NCBI GenBank assembly: GCA_010015585.1 | Contig: ML975151.1 | DNA length: 64,000 nucleotides | Strand: one strand, 5' to 3' | Origin: Eremomyces bilateralis CBS 781.70 | Lineage: Eukaryota | Shown here: positions 24,789 to 36,141 of the stretch, in pieces | Layout of the letters: each line of letters begins with the position of its first letter | Position numbering within the stretch: position 1 is the stretch's first letter | The notes under the pieces: generated by a model | Told to the model about the DNA's origin: nothing | Databases searched by the model: none | Seen by the model: the letters and a program-made list of their open reading frames with translations, nothing else | Position numbers and translations under genes: made by a program

Positions 24789-26064
24789 TCAAGTCTCCTT
24801 AGCAGCAGCCAGGGCCTCTTGTCGACCGGTGCTCTGAGGATCAAAGTAGGGCCTCTCACCCAAGCCTACCGAGCGCGACCCGGTGCGCTCGCCCAGGTCC
24901 TTATTGATGTAATCCGGGGTGGCAGCGTGGAAGACACTACGGTTGTCCCAGATGGCGACGTCGTTGGGGTTTTGCCAGCGCAGACGGACCTGCAAATCGT
25001 GGTTCTCGACGATCAGCTGGACGAACCAGTCGAGGAAGTACTTGGACTCCGCCTCGCTGAGCCCCTGGAGGTTCTGGACGTGATGGCCGACGGCGAAGAC
25101 GCTCCGCCACCCGGTGACGGGGTTGGTGCGGATTGCGGGGTGGATGGCCTCGAGGGCTTCCCCGATGTTCTCGGGTGCACCGCGCGGGGCTGCGTAGATG
25201 GGGAAGTTGTTGCGAGCGGCGGCATTGTTGAATTCCGGCTGGGCGGAGTAGAACGTGAGCTTGTCGAGGAAGCCCTGGAGCGGCTTAGAGATGCGATCGT
25301 AGAGTTCGTATCCCGAGGCCCAAAGGGTGTCTCCGCCGGTCTTGGGGAGCTCTGTGAGTCTCAGGAGGGCGTAGTCGCTGGGGACAGGCTCGAAGGTTAT
25401 GTCGCTGTGCCACTGGCGCTTCTGGCTCTGTGATAGCTTGGGGAACCGGTCGGCGAACAGGGCCTTGGCCTGCCTGGAGGAGATTGTGCTAATCTCATCG
25501 TCATCGACTCCTGTCGAGCGTGAGGAGTTGCTGATAGGGTGGATATGCAGCCCTGACGTTTCGGGCTTTCCGGTGAGTTGGCCGAGTCGTTGGACGAGTT
25601 CTTTTTGCAGATCATTGGTGATGTTGTCCTGCTTGCGGAAGAAGACGACGCCGCGCTGGGAGACTGGTGTGGTGTTAGGCAAGGGAATCTGCAAGACTTT
25701 TATTATTGGAGCTCTTACCCGTGATGGCCAAGTCGCGGAGCAGTTCGTCAGAGTTGGGTGCACGCAACCACTCGGCGAGATCGACGTTGGCAAACTCCTT
25801 GCCAATCACGGGGGTGACATCGAACTGGTCGAACTGGTCGAGGGCGCCGCTGAGTTTCAATGGCTCCTTGTGTCCCGTCAGGACCTTTGGGAGTCCATCT
25901 GTAGCACCGTCAGTCTTGTTGCTGACACAGCTGGCAGAGTAGGCATCATAAGTACCGTCTTCAGGCTGGACAGCCGGGGCTTGCTCCTTGAGAGACACAG
26001 GGAGAACTTTCTCCGCGATGGGCGCTACCACGGGGACGATATCTACGGTTGCTGAAGGAGACAT
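24789..26064 (-). CDS. TauD/TfdA-family alpha-ketoglutarate-dependent sulfonate dioxygenase (Jlp1-like); 2 exons
   Basis: DVTPVIGKEF, QRGVVFFRKQD, WHSDITFE (HxD), GGDTLWASGY, DVAIWDNRSVFH; intron at about 25664-25718. Confidence 0.93.
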
Positions 26065-26821
26065 AATGCTACAGTTTGAAGACACTGATTTGAGACTTGT
26101 GGTTTGTGGACTGCAAAGTGGACTGCAAAGTGGACTGAAGAGCTTCTCTTGACCTAGGGAATGCTCATCGGTGGCCTTCTCATGTAAAGGTTATATACGT
26201 ACATCATATACGTATATTAGTCCTCGGTATGTAGCTATCAGTTAACACACAAATTCTAAAACGGGTTCTAGTCAAAATTACGCAATTCTCGTCATGCCTT
26301 GCACCACGGAGTTCGCTCGTGGTGTCTGTGTAGGGAAGTGTACTGAGAACAGGAGAAGTAGAAACACGACCCGCCCGGGCATCGCAATTGACATCTGCTT
26401 CACGCTATTGGACCCTGGGTTGCCGTTGCAGCCGTGTAGGCCCGACCATTGACCAATAATATATATTAATCGCTTTTGCTGCGGACCTGGCGCACGCGTG
26501 GAGAAAAGCACATCACGTCATCCCCCACGCCGTCTGCCCCGCGCTACACTTCCAAGCCATACAGCCATCAAGCATCGATTAGGCGGCCCTTAGCAGCAGC
26601 ACTGTCCTGTATGCTCGTCCTTCAATTATCAGGTGTTTCGTGTCCAGAATTGAATGCAGATTTGAGATCGCTTTGGCGGCAAACTAATTTCATTGTTTTC
26701 TTTATAACTGGTGTGAGAAGATATCGATGCGTAGTTCGCGTCGAGCCCCATTATGATTACTGACCTTACCACTATTATACATCGCATAACTTATGAATAA
26801 CTATAGTAATAACGCCTAAAG

Positions 26822-27009
26822 TGTGACAGTCTTGGGCTTCGCCCAGTCTGTGTGTTGTGGTCTTGCGGCCTGAGGCAGAAGGGGTAGACAGTTTGCTCAC
26901 AGATGTAAATAGATAGCAGATCGCAGTGAGAGATATCTCTTCCTTTTCTCTTTAGCAATTCAACAGCGTTACCAGCTTACCACATCCTTCGTGGTTTGGG
27001 CCCATGACA
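26822..27009. mobile_element. Solo LTR (188 bp) with 5-bp target-site duplication
   Basis: Begins TGTGACA, ends CATGACA; flanked by TAAAG at 26817-26821 and 27010-27014. Confidence 0.72.
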
Positions 27010-27267
27010 TAAAGAGCTTAAATGGATACCTCGAATGCTTGGTGCCTGGTGGTAGTACTCGGAGTAGATGTTTCTGCTAACTCGATAATCCGCCGTTGTC
27101 TACTCCGTAGGCCCCGTCGACTCCTTGATTCTGATGATGCCATAATAGCATCTTATACGTTATCCCGCTTAGGCATGATTGAGCGGGGTAGCTATAGCAA
27201 CCGCCGTCCGCGATGTGCTGACTGCTGAGCAAGTGAGATCCACTGACACCCTGATAGCGACCGAATC

Positions 27268-27522
27268 TGTCGCATTACGCGGGGCCCAAGGCGGGGGTGA
27301 TGATTAAGCGAGCGCTACTTAAGCTCAGTTACTGCAGAGACACAACGCAAGTTATTATTGATGATTCCCATTCTCTAGGAATGAGATCTAGCTAGTTAAA
27401 TCGTTGAAGATATGTAAATATAGGGAATGACTGAGCAGTCCTAAATGGGCTTAGCCTAGGGGTTATGGGCAGCGAAATGAATGTTGCGAGGCAGTTGAAA
27501 CCAACAGGGGCATCTTGCGACA
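27268..27522. mobile_element. Solo LTR, family A copy 1 (255 bp)
   Basis: TGTCGCA...TGCGACA termini; alignable end to end with 35634-35885; flanks GAATC/CCAGG do not form a TSD. Confidence 0.8.
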
Positions 27523-28987
27523 CCAGGACTCCTAAAAGTTCTAAAAAAGGGTCCTGGTGTCTGAGGCACCAAGTTCCACAGAGGTTGGAAACGAGACAAT
27601 GGCTTGTTGTTGAAGACAGACATCCCTTACCATGATTATAACTACCAACATTTTGATCCCTGTCAATTTCATAATGGCGTACACTAATTAAGAGCGTTCA
27701 GCGTTGTGACTGCGGTTATCCTAATTGAGAAGCCGCTAAACCTAGTATATACTAGTATTATTCTCAATTCTGCTGTCGCCGCTGCCATGTCTTCGGAGGC
27801 ACCTCTGCTATCACTATGCGATTCTGCGAGAGCTCAGCCAGGCCTAGTTACTAGTAAGTAGCTAGTTAGTTGGTAATATAACTAACTAGTTAATCAATTC
27901 TTTTATTTCTTGTACGATACGAGCTGAAAGGTGGTAAGAATACGAGCACAACGATAAGCGCTCTACTGGGCACTATGCCTTAATCCAACCCTAATCCCAT
28001 GCCACTGGGAAAGTGATGATGCACTTCTGCTTGAGAAAATCCAAAGCCAACCGCCACAAAGCCGCTGTCACACCCGCCAGTCATCAGTCGGGTTCAATGC
28101 AGGTCGGTCACACGCCTTTAATTAGTGGTCTATCCAGATTCCAGAAGCTAGCGAGGACGGTAGCGACAGAGACCCCCCGACATTGGTCCAATTATGGCTA
28201 GACTCGATAATAGATGGCAATTGGGATGATTTCCCAGTTTTCCCATAGGTAATTGATAATTCCCAGCCGCCGTCCGTTGACCCCTGAACGTGGCGAGTTT
28301 GGCACCTCCGCTTTCGTCCTACTCTTCTCGTCATTGAAACTACGCTCATTGAGGCTGAAGCAGGCTCGAGTTTATTGAGAGGAAACGATCGCCATTTCGT
28401 ATGGTGATGGAAATTCCGATATTGAAATGGAAAGGAGACATTGAACAGACACGTGTGCGATATGCCATGTATGAAGAAACCCCTGGAATCGGCGTGTATT
28501 ACTGCTGTCAGGAGACCGTCGCCTGATCCGGAGTCCGTATATGTTCAATTCGCGTTGTAATACTGTACTTCCATTCCAGGTATTGCTAGCCCTAGAAGTT
28601 TGTGGCCAGCTCTCAATTTTCAAAAAAAGGTCCGGTGTGAATGTTCCCCTTAAAAGGTTACAGGTACCCCGAAACCTCCAGGACGTTTGGATTCCCCAAG
28701 CTACACCTTCCACTGCCTGTTGACAGATTAAGATGTGTAGTCTAGCGTGCCCCTTTTTGGGCAGATCGGTACTCCGTATATCCCACCCTTTATGTGAAGA
28801 GTCGAAGAATCCGAGTCTGTGCCTCCGGGCGTTTCAGGATCGTGACAGGAGTCTGGGTGAAATAAGGCACATGTTGTGAATCCTAAAAGGCTCGGGGTAT
28901 CAAAATGTTGCTCCTCAAACTACCTTACTGTGCCTAATAGCTATCGTCTTTACACGTAGGGCCATTTTGGTACCCCATACGAGCCCT

Positions 28988-30504
28988 CTACTTCTGCAAT
29001 TGTTCCAAATCGTCTTCCAGAGGGTTGATCCAACTCAGTTCTTCCGCAACCTGCTCGGTCTCCTTCCAGACCCGCAGCACGTTCCTCCCGACGATGCCCG
29101 CGAGCTGTTCTTCCGTAAGGCCTTCCTCCAGCAATGTCTCCACCAATTTCGGATACTTCGAGACATCTTCTAGTCCTTTCGGCGTCGATTCGAGGCCATC
29201 GAAATCGGAACCGAGGCCCACATGCTCGTATCCGATGAGTTCTCCGATGTGCTTGATGTGCTTGACCACCTGCTGCAGCGTCGCATCTTCCGGTACCGAA
29301 TCAGGGAGCCCCGTGGACGAACCGCTTTCCTTACAAGCGATGAAATCCGGTGAGAAATTGATCATCACCACGCTTCCTCGTCTCTTAACTAGTTGAAGAA
29401 CGTCGTCCGGCACATTTCGCGGATGGGGACAGATGGCATACGCCGAGCTGTGCGAGAAAATCGGGGGCGCCAGACTCCCAGTCCATCCATCGATCTTTCC
29501 ATCACCAACTTTGCCTTCCAGCACATCACGCATCGTGTCAACACTAACATGAGACAGGTCCACGATCATGCCTAGCCGGTTCATTTCCTGGATGAGGGCC
29601 CGTCCAGCGTTTGGTGAAATGCCGCCCCATAGCGGCGAGCTTTTGACTGTGTCCCCGTCATCGTTCGTCACGAGAGCGGCGTCTGCGTAGGCATTATGAC
29701 AGTTCCAGGTGAGCGTTGCGTATCGTACCCCTAGGGAGTAGTACAGGCGCAGGGTTGATAGACGATTGCCGATTTGATGGAGGCCTTCGATTGCAGCTGG
29801 GGAGATGAGGTTGCCGCTTGAGAACGCGTGGAGAGCGGATGAGTACGAGGTAGAAGGGGTAAAGTAGTGGGGATATGCGGCACCAAGACGTTGGTAGAGG
29901 TCGAGTTGGCTCAAGGTAGCGCGAACAACTTGAAGACGTCAGCATCGAATCATTGACGGTCCCTTGTGGTGTAAGTAGTGGGCTTACTCGGGTCATAATT
30001 CTCATCCGAAAAGTCGGAACCATTAGTCGGGCAAGGCCAAAACGCGCTCCAAAAAGAGCCTCCAACCATTCCCGTGTCCAGACGAGGGAGGTCAACATGG
30101 CCATGTAAGCCCCCATTCTCGAACTTTTCCTTGAATTCATTGGTATAGATCTTGCTCTGATCCATAAATCGTATCAAAATCATCAGATCATTGTGCCCAT
30201 CTACAGTATATGTTAGCCGTTAGGCATCGTTATAGAAGCCATGGTAATCGTCACCAATCAACGGATGCTCTTTGAGGATCCTCCTTGCTCTTTCTGGTAT
30301 CGACAAATTCCTTCTCGAACACGCCGGTGGAACGAGTCCGAATGTATAAGCGACAATCGCAAAGGCTCCCAAAATCAATAGCAGTATCTTTGTCGGAGAT
30401 ACCCAAGTTCCCCATGATCGCCGCTCTCCTGCATTTTGCCCTTGATAGGCCTTCGGTTTTATGGAATTGATTCCGTCCGCGTCTCCGAACCTGCTATATT
30501 CCAT
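28988..30504 (-). CDS. Membrane dipeptidase (peptidase M19, renal-dipeptidase/GliJ-like); 3 exons
   Basis: PLI/DGHND, GHVDLPRL, IEGLHQI, LGVRYATLTWNCHN, MIVDLSHVS, FSHSS, RNVPDDVL, GLGSDFDG; N-terminal TM anchor; introns at about 30202-30254 and 29930-29986. Confidence 0.92.
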
Positions 30505-31272
30505 GTTGAAAAGTTTCCGAGAAGCGTGGTATGGTTGGGAAGAATCTCAGTCGCAGCGCTCAGTCTATGACTGCATCACCTGATAACTAAGAAAAGCTCA
30601 AGCCGAAACGCCTATTACTTCTCATATCGAACACTTTCTGTTCCGACTTCTGAGATGATTGACTTAGATTTGTTACCCGGTTCTAATGTAGTTAGTTAAT
30701 TAATTGTATTTGGCATGTATGTATCTAGAACCCCTCCACTATAGCAGTTGCACTGGACTGTTGCATTAAATACGGCCTAGGTAACATCCAAATGCACGGT
30801 GCATTCATTATGTCGGAAATCAGCGGTCTACTTAGTCATCCCATTCTGTACATTACGTAAGCCTGGGTATATCTACCCTGCGATGTATCCTACCTTTACA
30901 CAATACAAGCATCTCACTGCCTCTGAACAGGTATCCTATTGTTTCCGTGATTGATTGACACGCCAAAACGATTAACACATTAATACTATATGTACCAACC
31001 AGATGTAATTACTAATTAGCCACCACATACCTCTGGGTCCTGAATTCCTGACACTTCAATTTCGTACCGTAGCATCTTCTAGTTCATATGTTCTCGGTTT
31101 TTTGGCTACCACCAACTCCCCGTTTTTTGACTGTGAGATATTTCGAGTATCAGCGGATCTCGTTTCATGTCAATGATGAATGGGGGGAATCTGGAACGAC
31201 GTGGCTACGGTACTCTACTCTATGGTATGGTACAGCCCTGTGGCAAATGTGATGAGCGCTGTTCCGTTATCA

Positions 31273-31538
31273 GCTATTGAATTATCGTCTGTCTGGATAG
31301 CCTTACTAATAATTATTTCCGCCCCCTAAACGGACGATGATATACGGCCTGCACAGCTCTACTAAAGTTGCTATTAAATTATCGTCGTCCGTCTGGATAT
31401 CCTTACCTTCGATCCTCTCAACGGACGACAAGGCTGGCGCGGACATATTCCGTGGCTTACGTCAAAGGGAGAGTGTCTATTCGATCCTCCAGACGGACGA
31501 CGATATACGGCCTGCACGGAACATATTCCATGATTTAC
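31273..31538. repeat. Patchwork of direct and inverted repeats built on ACGGACGAC
   Basis: Direct pairs 31273-31306/31370-31406 and 31330-31354/31493-31517; perfect 18-bp inverted pair 31380-31397/31488-31505. Confidence 0.8.
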
Positions 31539-31712
31539 TTACGTAAAAAGTAAAAAGTGTAGGCAAAGTGTATGTCGAATTGAGTATATGTACCGATGTT
31601 GCAGGTCTGCAATCTAAGTCTTTCAATTCAAGTTATCCTTTCCCGCAGTCTTTCCTAAATACCTACTTTCAATCCAGAGCCTAACGGATTTGTCGTGTGC
31701 CAATATCCCAAG

Positions 31713-32879
31713 ATGACCGAGTTGTTTATGTATGTCCCGCTACCGTCGTAACTTTAAGAAAGTGGGGAGAAGTTGACCTTTCAACAGCATCGGAGCCACA
31801 GGCTATATTGGTGGCGATACATTCTATGCAATTAGCCAGGCTCACCCTGAATATGACATCACCGCCATGGTTCGAAGCACCGCGAAAGGCGCACTTGTCA
31901 CTGCCCAGTACCCCAAGGTCCGGCTCGTTTACGGAGATCTCGATAGCATTGACCTGATCGAGGAAGAGGCTTCGAAAGCAGACATCGTTTTTCGTAAGTG
32001 GTGCGGGCGACCCTCTGTATCCATCTATTATGCTAAGTAACTCCAGAATGGGCAAATGCCGACCACCTCGAGGGGATCAATGCTATTGTCCGCGGAATCA
32101 AGAAAAGTAGCACTCCTACGTTCTTCATCCACACCTCCGGAGCTGCCGTTCTCCTCATCGACCACTGGCAAAAGCAGATAGCTTTCGGCTCGCCTTCCGA
32201 CAAGATTTTCAACGACTGGGATGGGATCCAGGAGCTTCATGACCTCCCCGACGCCGCTCCGCACAAGATTACCGAAAAAGCGGTTCAAGGCAGTTCGGAC
32301 GAGTCGTCCGTTTTCACGGCCATCGTCAGCCCTCCAGCCATCTATGGTATCGGCCGCGGTCCCGGTGCACGCCGCAGCATCTAGCTCCCCGAGCTCGCAC
32401 GTGCGACCCTCGAAAGGGGCCACGGAATCCTGGTCGGCGAGGGCAAGAATATCTGGTCAGCGGTGCATGTCGCGGACCTCAGTGATGTGTTTCTGAAGCT
32501 GGCCGAAGCCGCCGTGCAAGGCGGTGGACGCGCGACGTGGGGGACCGACGGGTACTACTTTGCCGAAAACGGCGAGGTGGAGTGGGGACTAGTGAGTAGG
32601 GCCGTGGTGAAAGAGGCCCTGAAGAATGGGTGGATTGCAAAAGGAGAGGACGGAATGGAGACGATTACTACGGAGGAGGAAGGGAACAAGGTCGCCCCCT
32701 TCGGAGCGCACTTATTGGGGGACAATAGCCGTGCAAAAGCCGTTCGGGCTCGGAAGCTCCTTGAATGGGAACCGAAGAATGCATCCATTTGGGAGGATAT
32801 CGAGGGAGCAGTGGAGTATGAGGCAGAGAGGTTGGGTCTGGCCAAGAAGCATGCTGACAGGGTGGCGGGCAAGGCTTGA
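31713..32879 (+). pseudogene. NAD(P)-binding epimerase/dehydratase-like (extended SDR) gene with one in-frame premature TAG
   Basis: Spliced reading (introns about 31730-31787 and 31994-32046): MTELFIIGATGYIGG..FIHTSG..PPAIYGIGRGPGARRSI*LPELAR..WSAVHVADL..GYYFAENGE; TAG at 32382-32384. Confidence 0.8.
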
Positions 32880-33772
32880 GTTGTTTGGTGGAGTTCAGGG
32901 AGTTCAGGAAGTTCAGTTCGTGTGGCATGAGGAATTTAACAATGGAAATATGAGTCTGCATATTCAAATGGAGAGATATAATCTTTGGAAACCAAGTTCA
33001 TCATGCCTCTTCATCTGACACCCACTACCCGTACAGAAATATTGAATACCTGAGACAGATTCTTCCATGTTCCAAATTCGATATATCCAAAGTCCGATTC
33101 ATGTCCTATTACAGTTACGGGGATTGCAGTGCAACAGCCCAGCCAACCAGACGTGTTCTATTGCAACCCAAAACTTTTCGATCCGTACGATAGGTCAACG
33201 GGTTGAAAAAGCCCCAACCCTGGCGTAGTCAACGCTCCCATTTCCCCATGCCGGAGAAGTGGAATGGGAATGGAGCCAACCAAGTGCCTGAATTCGGGCG
33301 GGGGGATGGGTGGGATGGTGGGTTGGCGGGCTCTGGGTTCCGCTATACGCAGGTCCAGTCGAGGGCGTGTTCGCTAAAGGCATGTCGAGGATATCAACGG
33401 CTCATGTTTTCTTTCATTCCGTCCGCTGCGTTTCTCCAGGTCAATTTCCGTTTATTCATCGGTTCCTTAGGTTTCCTCGGTGGCAATTGATATTCCATAC
33501 TCGTTCTATAATACATGACGTGTTGAACCTTGAAAGAAGTAAGCCTCCACAACTCTCCCTTCCACTGCGGGGTACAAAGTACATCCCACCTGTTCGCATA
33601 CAACAAAGCTGTCATCTTTTTAAATTCATCATTGGACCGTGAATTCAGCGGTCCATTTCGCATACTATTCGAGCTTACCGGTCTAGAGAACTTTCCCACA
33701 TACACGACATTCACGACCACTAGATCTGCGTTCTTCAATCAAGACAGATAGCAACATACCTTGACCGTCAAC

Positions 33773-35248
33773 ATGGCGCCCTCCGCGACAACTCAACCAC
33801 TCGTTCATGCGAGTGGCTCGAACCAACCGACCAAGGACGTATCCCAGTTCCATTCCTCATCCACCGAAAACGCCTTTGCCGCCGAAGCACAATATGCCGC
33901 CCACAACTACCACCCCCTGCCTATCGTCTTCGCCAAAGCCAGTGGCTGTTCAGTCTGGGACCCCGAAGGCAACCACTACCTCGATTTCCTCTCCGCATAC
34001 AGCGCCGTCAACCAAGGGCATTGCCATCCCGAGCTGGTGAAGACGCTGACGGAGCAGGCGTCGCGGCTGACGCTCAGCAGCCGCGCGTTCTATAACGACG
34101 TGTTCCCGAAGTTCGCGGAATTCGTGACGAAATTTTTCGGGTACGAGATGGTGCTGCCGATGAACACTGGAGCGGAAGCGGTGGAAACCGTAGTAAAGAT
34201 TGCGAGGAAATGGGGTTATAAGAGCAAGAAGATTGAGGCGGGACAGGCTATCGTTTTCAGTGTGGAGAACAACTTCCACGGTCGGACGGTACGTCATCCA
34301 TAGGAAAAGTGAAGCATATTTTAACTCGATAAACAGTTCGCGGCAATTACCATGTCAACAGATCCGGAGTCGAGGGAGAACTATGGGCCATATATTCCGA
34401 ACCTAGGATGCATCAACCCCAAAACCGGCAAGCCGATTCGATTCGGTAATGTCGACGACGTTCGAGAAGCATTCGAAGCGCATGGGAAAGACATCGCAGG
34501 ATTCCTAGTCGAACCAATCCAAGGCGAAGCAGGCATCGTCGTCCCGGATGACAGCTACCTGCGAGAGATCCGAAAGCTCTGTGACAAGCACAACGTGCTA
34601 ATGATTTGCGACGAGATCCAGACTGGTATCGCAAGAACGGGTAAACTCCTGTGTTGCGAGTGGAGTGGCGTCAAGCCAGACCTTGTGCTGCTCGGCAAGG
34701 CCATATCTGGAGGCATGTATCCAGTGTCCTGCGTCCTTGGCTCTAAGGAAGTAATGCTCACGGTCGAACCTGGAACACACGGTTCGACTTATGGTGGGAA
34801 TCCACTTGGATCAGCGATCGCGATCCGCGCATTGCAGCTCGTCAAGGAGGAGAGGCTCGTTGAGCGAGCGCAAGAACTCGGCGAGAAGTTTCGTCAGGGC
34901 CTCGCTGCCATGAATAGCCCCTTAATCACGACTATCCGTGGGAAGGGGTTGTTGAATGCTATTGTTATCGATGAGTCGAAGGCAAATGGACATACCGCAT
35001 GGGATTTATGCATGCTGTTCAAGGAGAAAGGGTTGCTTGTAAGTTGAATAACGAGTATGACCGACGGAGATGGAGAACAAGAAGCTGATGGCATCGTCTA
35101 GGCAAAACCAACCCACCAGAATATCATCCGCCTGGCGCCACCCTTGGTGATCACGGAGGAAGAAATTGCCACAACACTGGATATCATCCGCGCGGCGCTT
35201 ATCGAACTGCCAAAGACACCGGCCAATAATCATGCCGATGGACACTAA
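33773..35248 (+). CDS. CAR2: Ornithine aminotransferase (class III PLP-dependent); 3 exons
   Basis: [80 protein letters not shown]; introns at about 34289-34336 and 35039-35101. Confidence 0.96.
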
Positions 35249-35599
35249 GATAGAGTTGGTCAAGGTAATAACAGGAGCGACGCCCGTCTTGGAGAGTTGG
35301 AACTTGGAAGAGCATAAACACTCAATATGCCAGATTGCCCAGTCTCGACTCTTTCGAGTGCTGAGGCAAATCTACCTATTGTTAGTGGAGAAATTAAGGG
35401 TGAGATGATGAGCAGTAGTGAAGCACCAGGAATGCAACTTTCACAACGTTAAGGTTGATGCATCCACTCTCTCCAACACTTGCTTGTATGACGAACACGC
35501 CGTCCCACGAAACGAAGCCCAACAAAGATCACCTCTAAGTCATGATCGTGCACGGAAGAGGGGTTCTCCCACATCTCCCTCAAAAATATAATCTAAGCT

Positions 35600-36141
35600 T
35601 GTTATGGTCCCGGGCCTGTGGCCTGTGGCCTGGTGTCGCATTTTGTGGGGAGGATGATTAAGCACGATCGCTGCTTAAGCTCAGTTACTGTAGAGTCATA
35701 ACACAAATTGGTATTAACGATTCCCATTGTCTAGAAAAGGGGATCTAGCTAGTATAGTAAGCCAGATGAAGATAACTTAAATATAGGAGAAGACTGAAGA
35801 GTCCTGATTAGGCCTAGCCCAGGGGTAGAGAGCAGTGAAAGGAATGTTAGGTGGCAGTAGAAACCAACAGGGGCATCTTGCGACACCTGGGCCCTTGAGT
35901 ATGGCTGACGCCACAGGGATGTAGCTAGTGGATGGCATGGAGGATTATCAAGGAGATAGTCATGGGAGCTATGTGTTAGGACAGAGCTGTGTTAAGGAGC
36001 TGTGTTGAGCTGTGTTAGGATAGCAGAGAGAAGAGTTTATATCTCGCGCACAGAGGCGCTGGGAGATTTCTTCCTTCTCTCTCTTCAGTTTAGATTAATG
36101 GAACTTGGTAATCGCAGATCTTGCGCATCCAGACCGTGTCA
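35600..36141. mobile_element. Solo LTR (about 285 bp once the nested insert is removed), interrupted by a family A LTR
   Basis: TGTTATGG...CCGTGTCA degenerate inverted termini; AAGCT TSD at 35595-35599 and 36142-36146; internal GAGCTGTGTT repeats. Confidence 0.72.
35634..35885. mobile_element. Solo LTR, family A copy 2 (252 bp), nested
   Basis: TGTCGCA...TGCGACA termini; CCTGG TSD at 35629-35633 and 35886-35890; homologous to 27268-27522. Confidence 0.85.

Noticed and set aside
28013..28723. Short ORFs downstream of the dipeptidase
   Set aside because: Non-ATG or weak starts and no motifs
27268..35885. Full-length LTR retrotransposon or gene-capturing element between the two family A LTRs
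   Set aside because: The interior holds intron-containing host genes and no gag/RT/integrase; the right LTR has its own TSD; the outer flanks do not match
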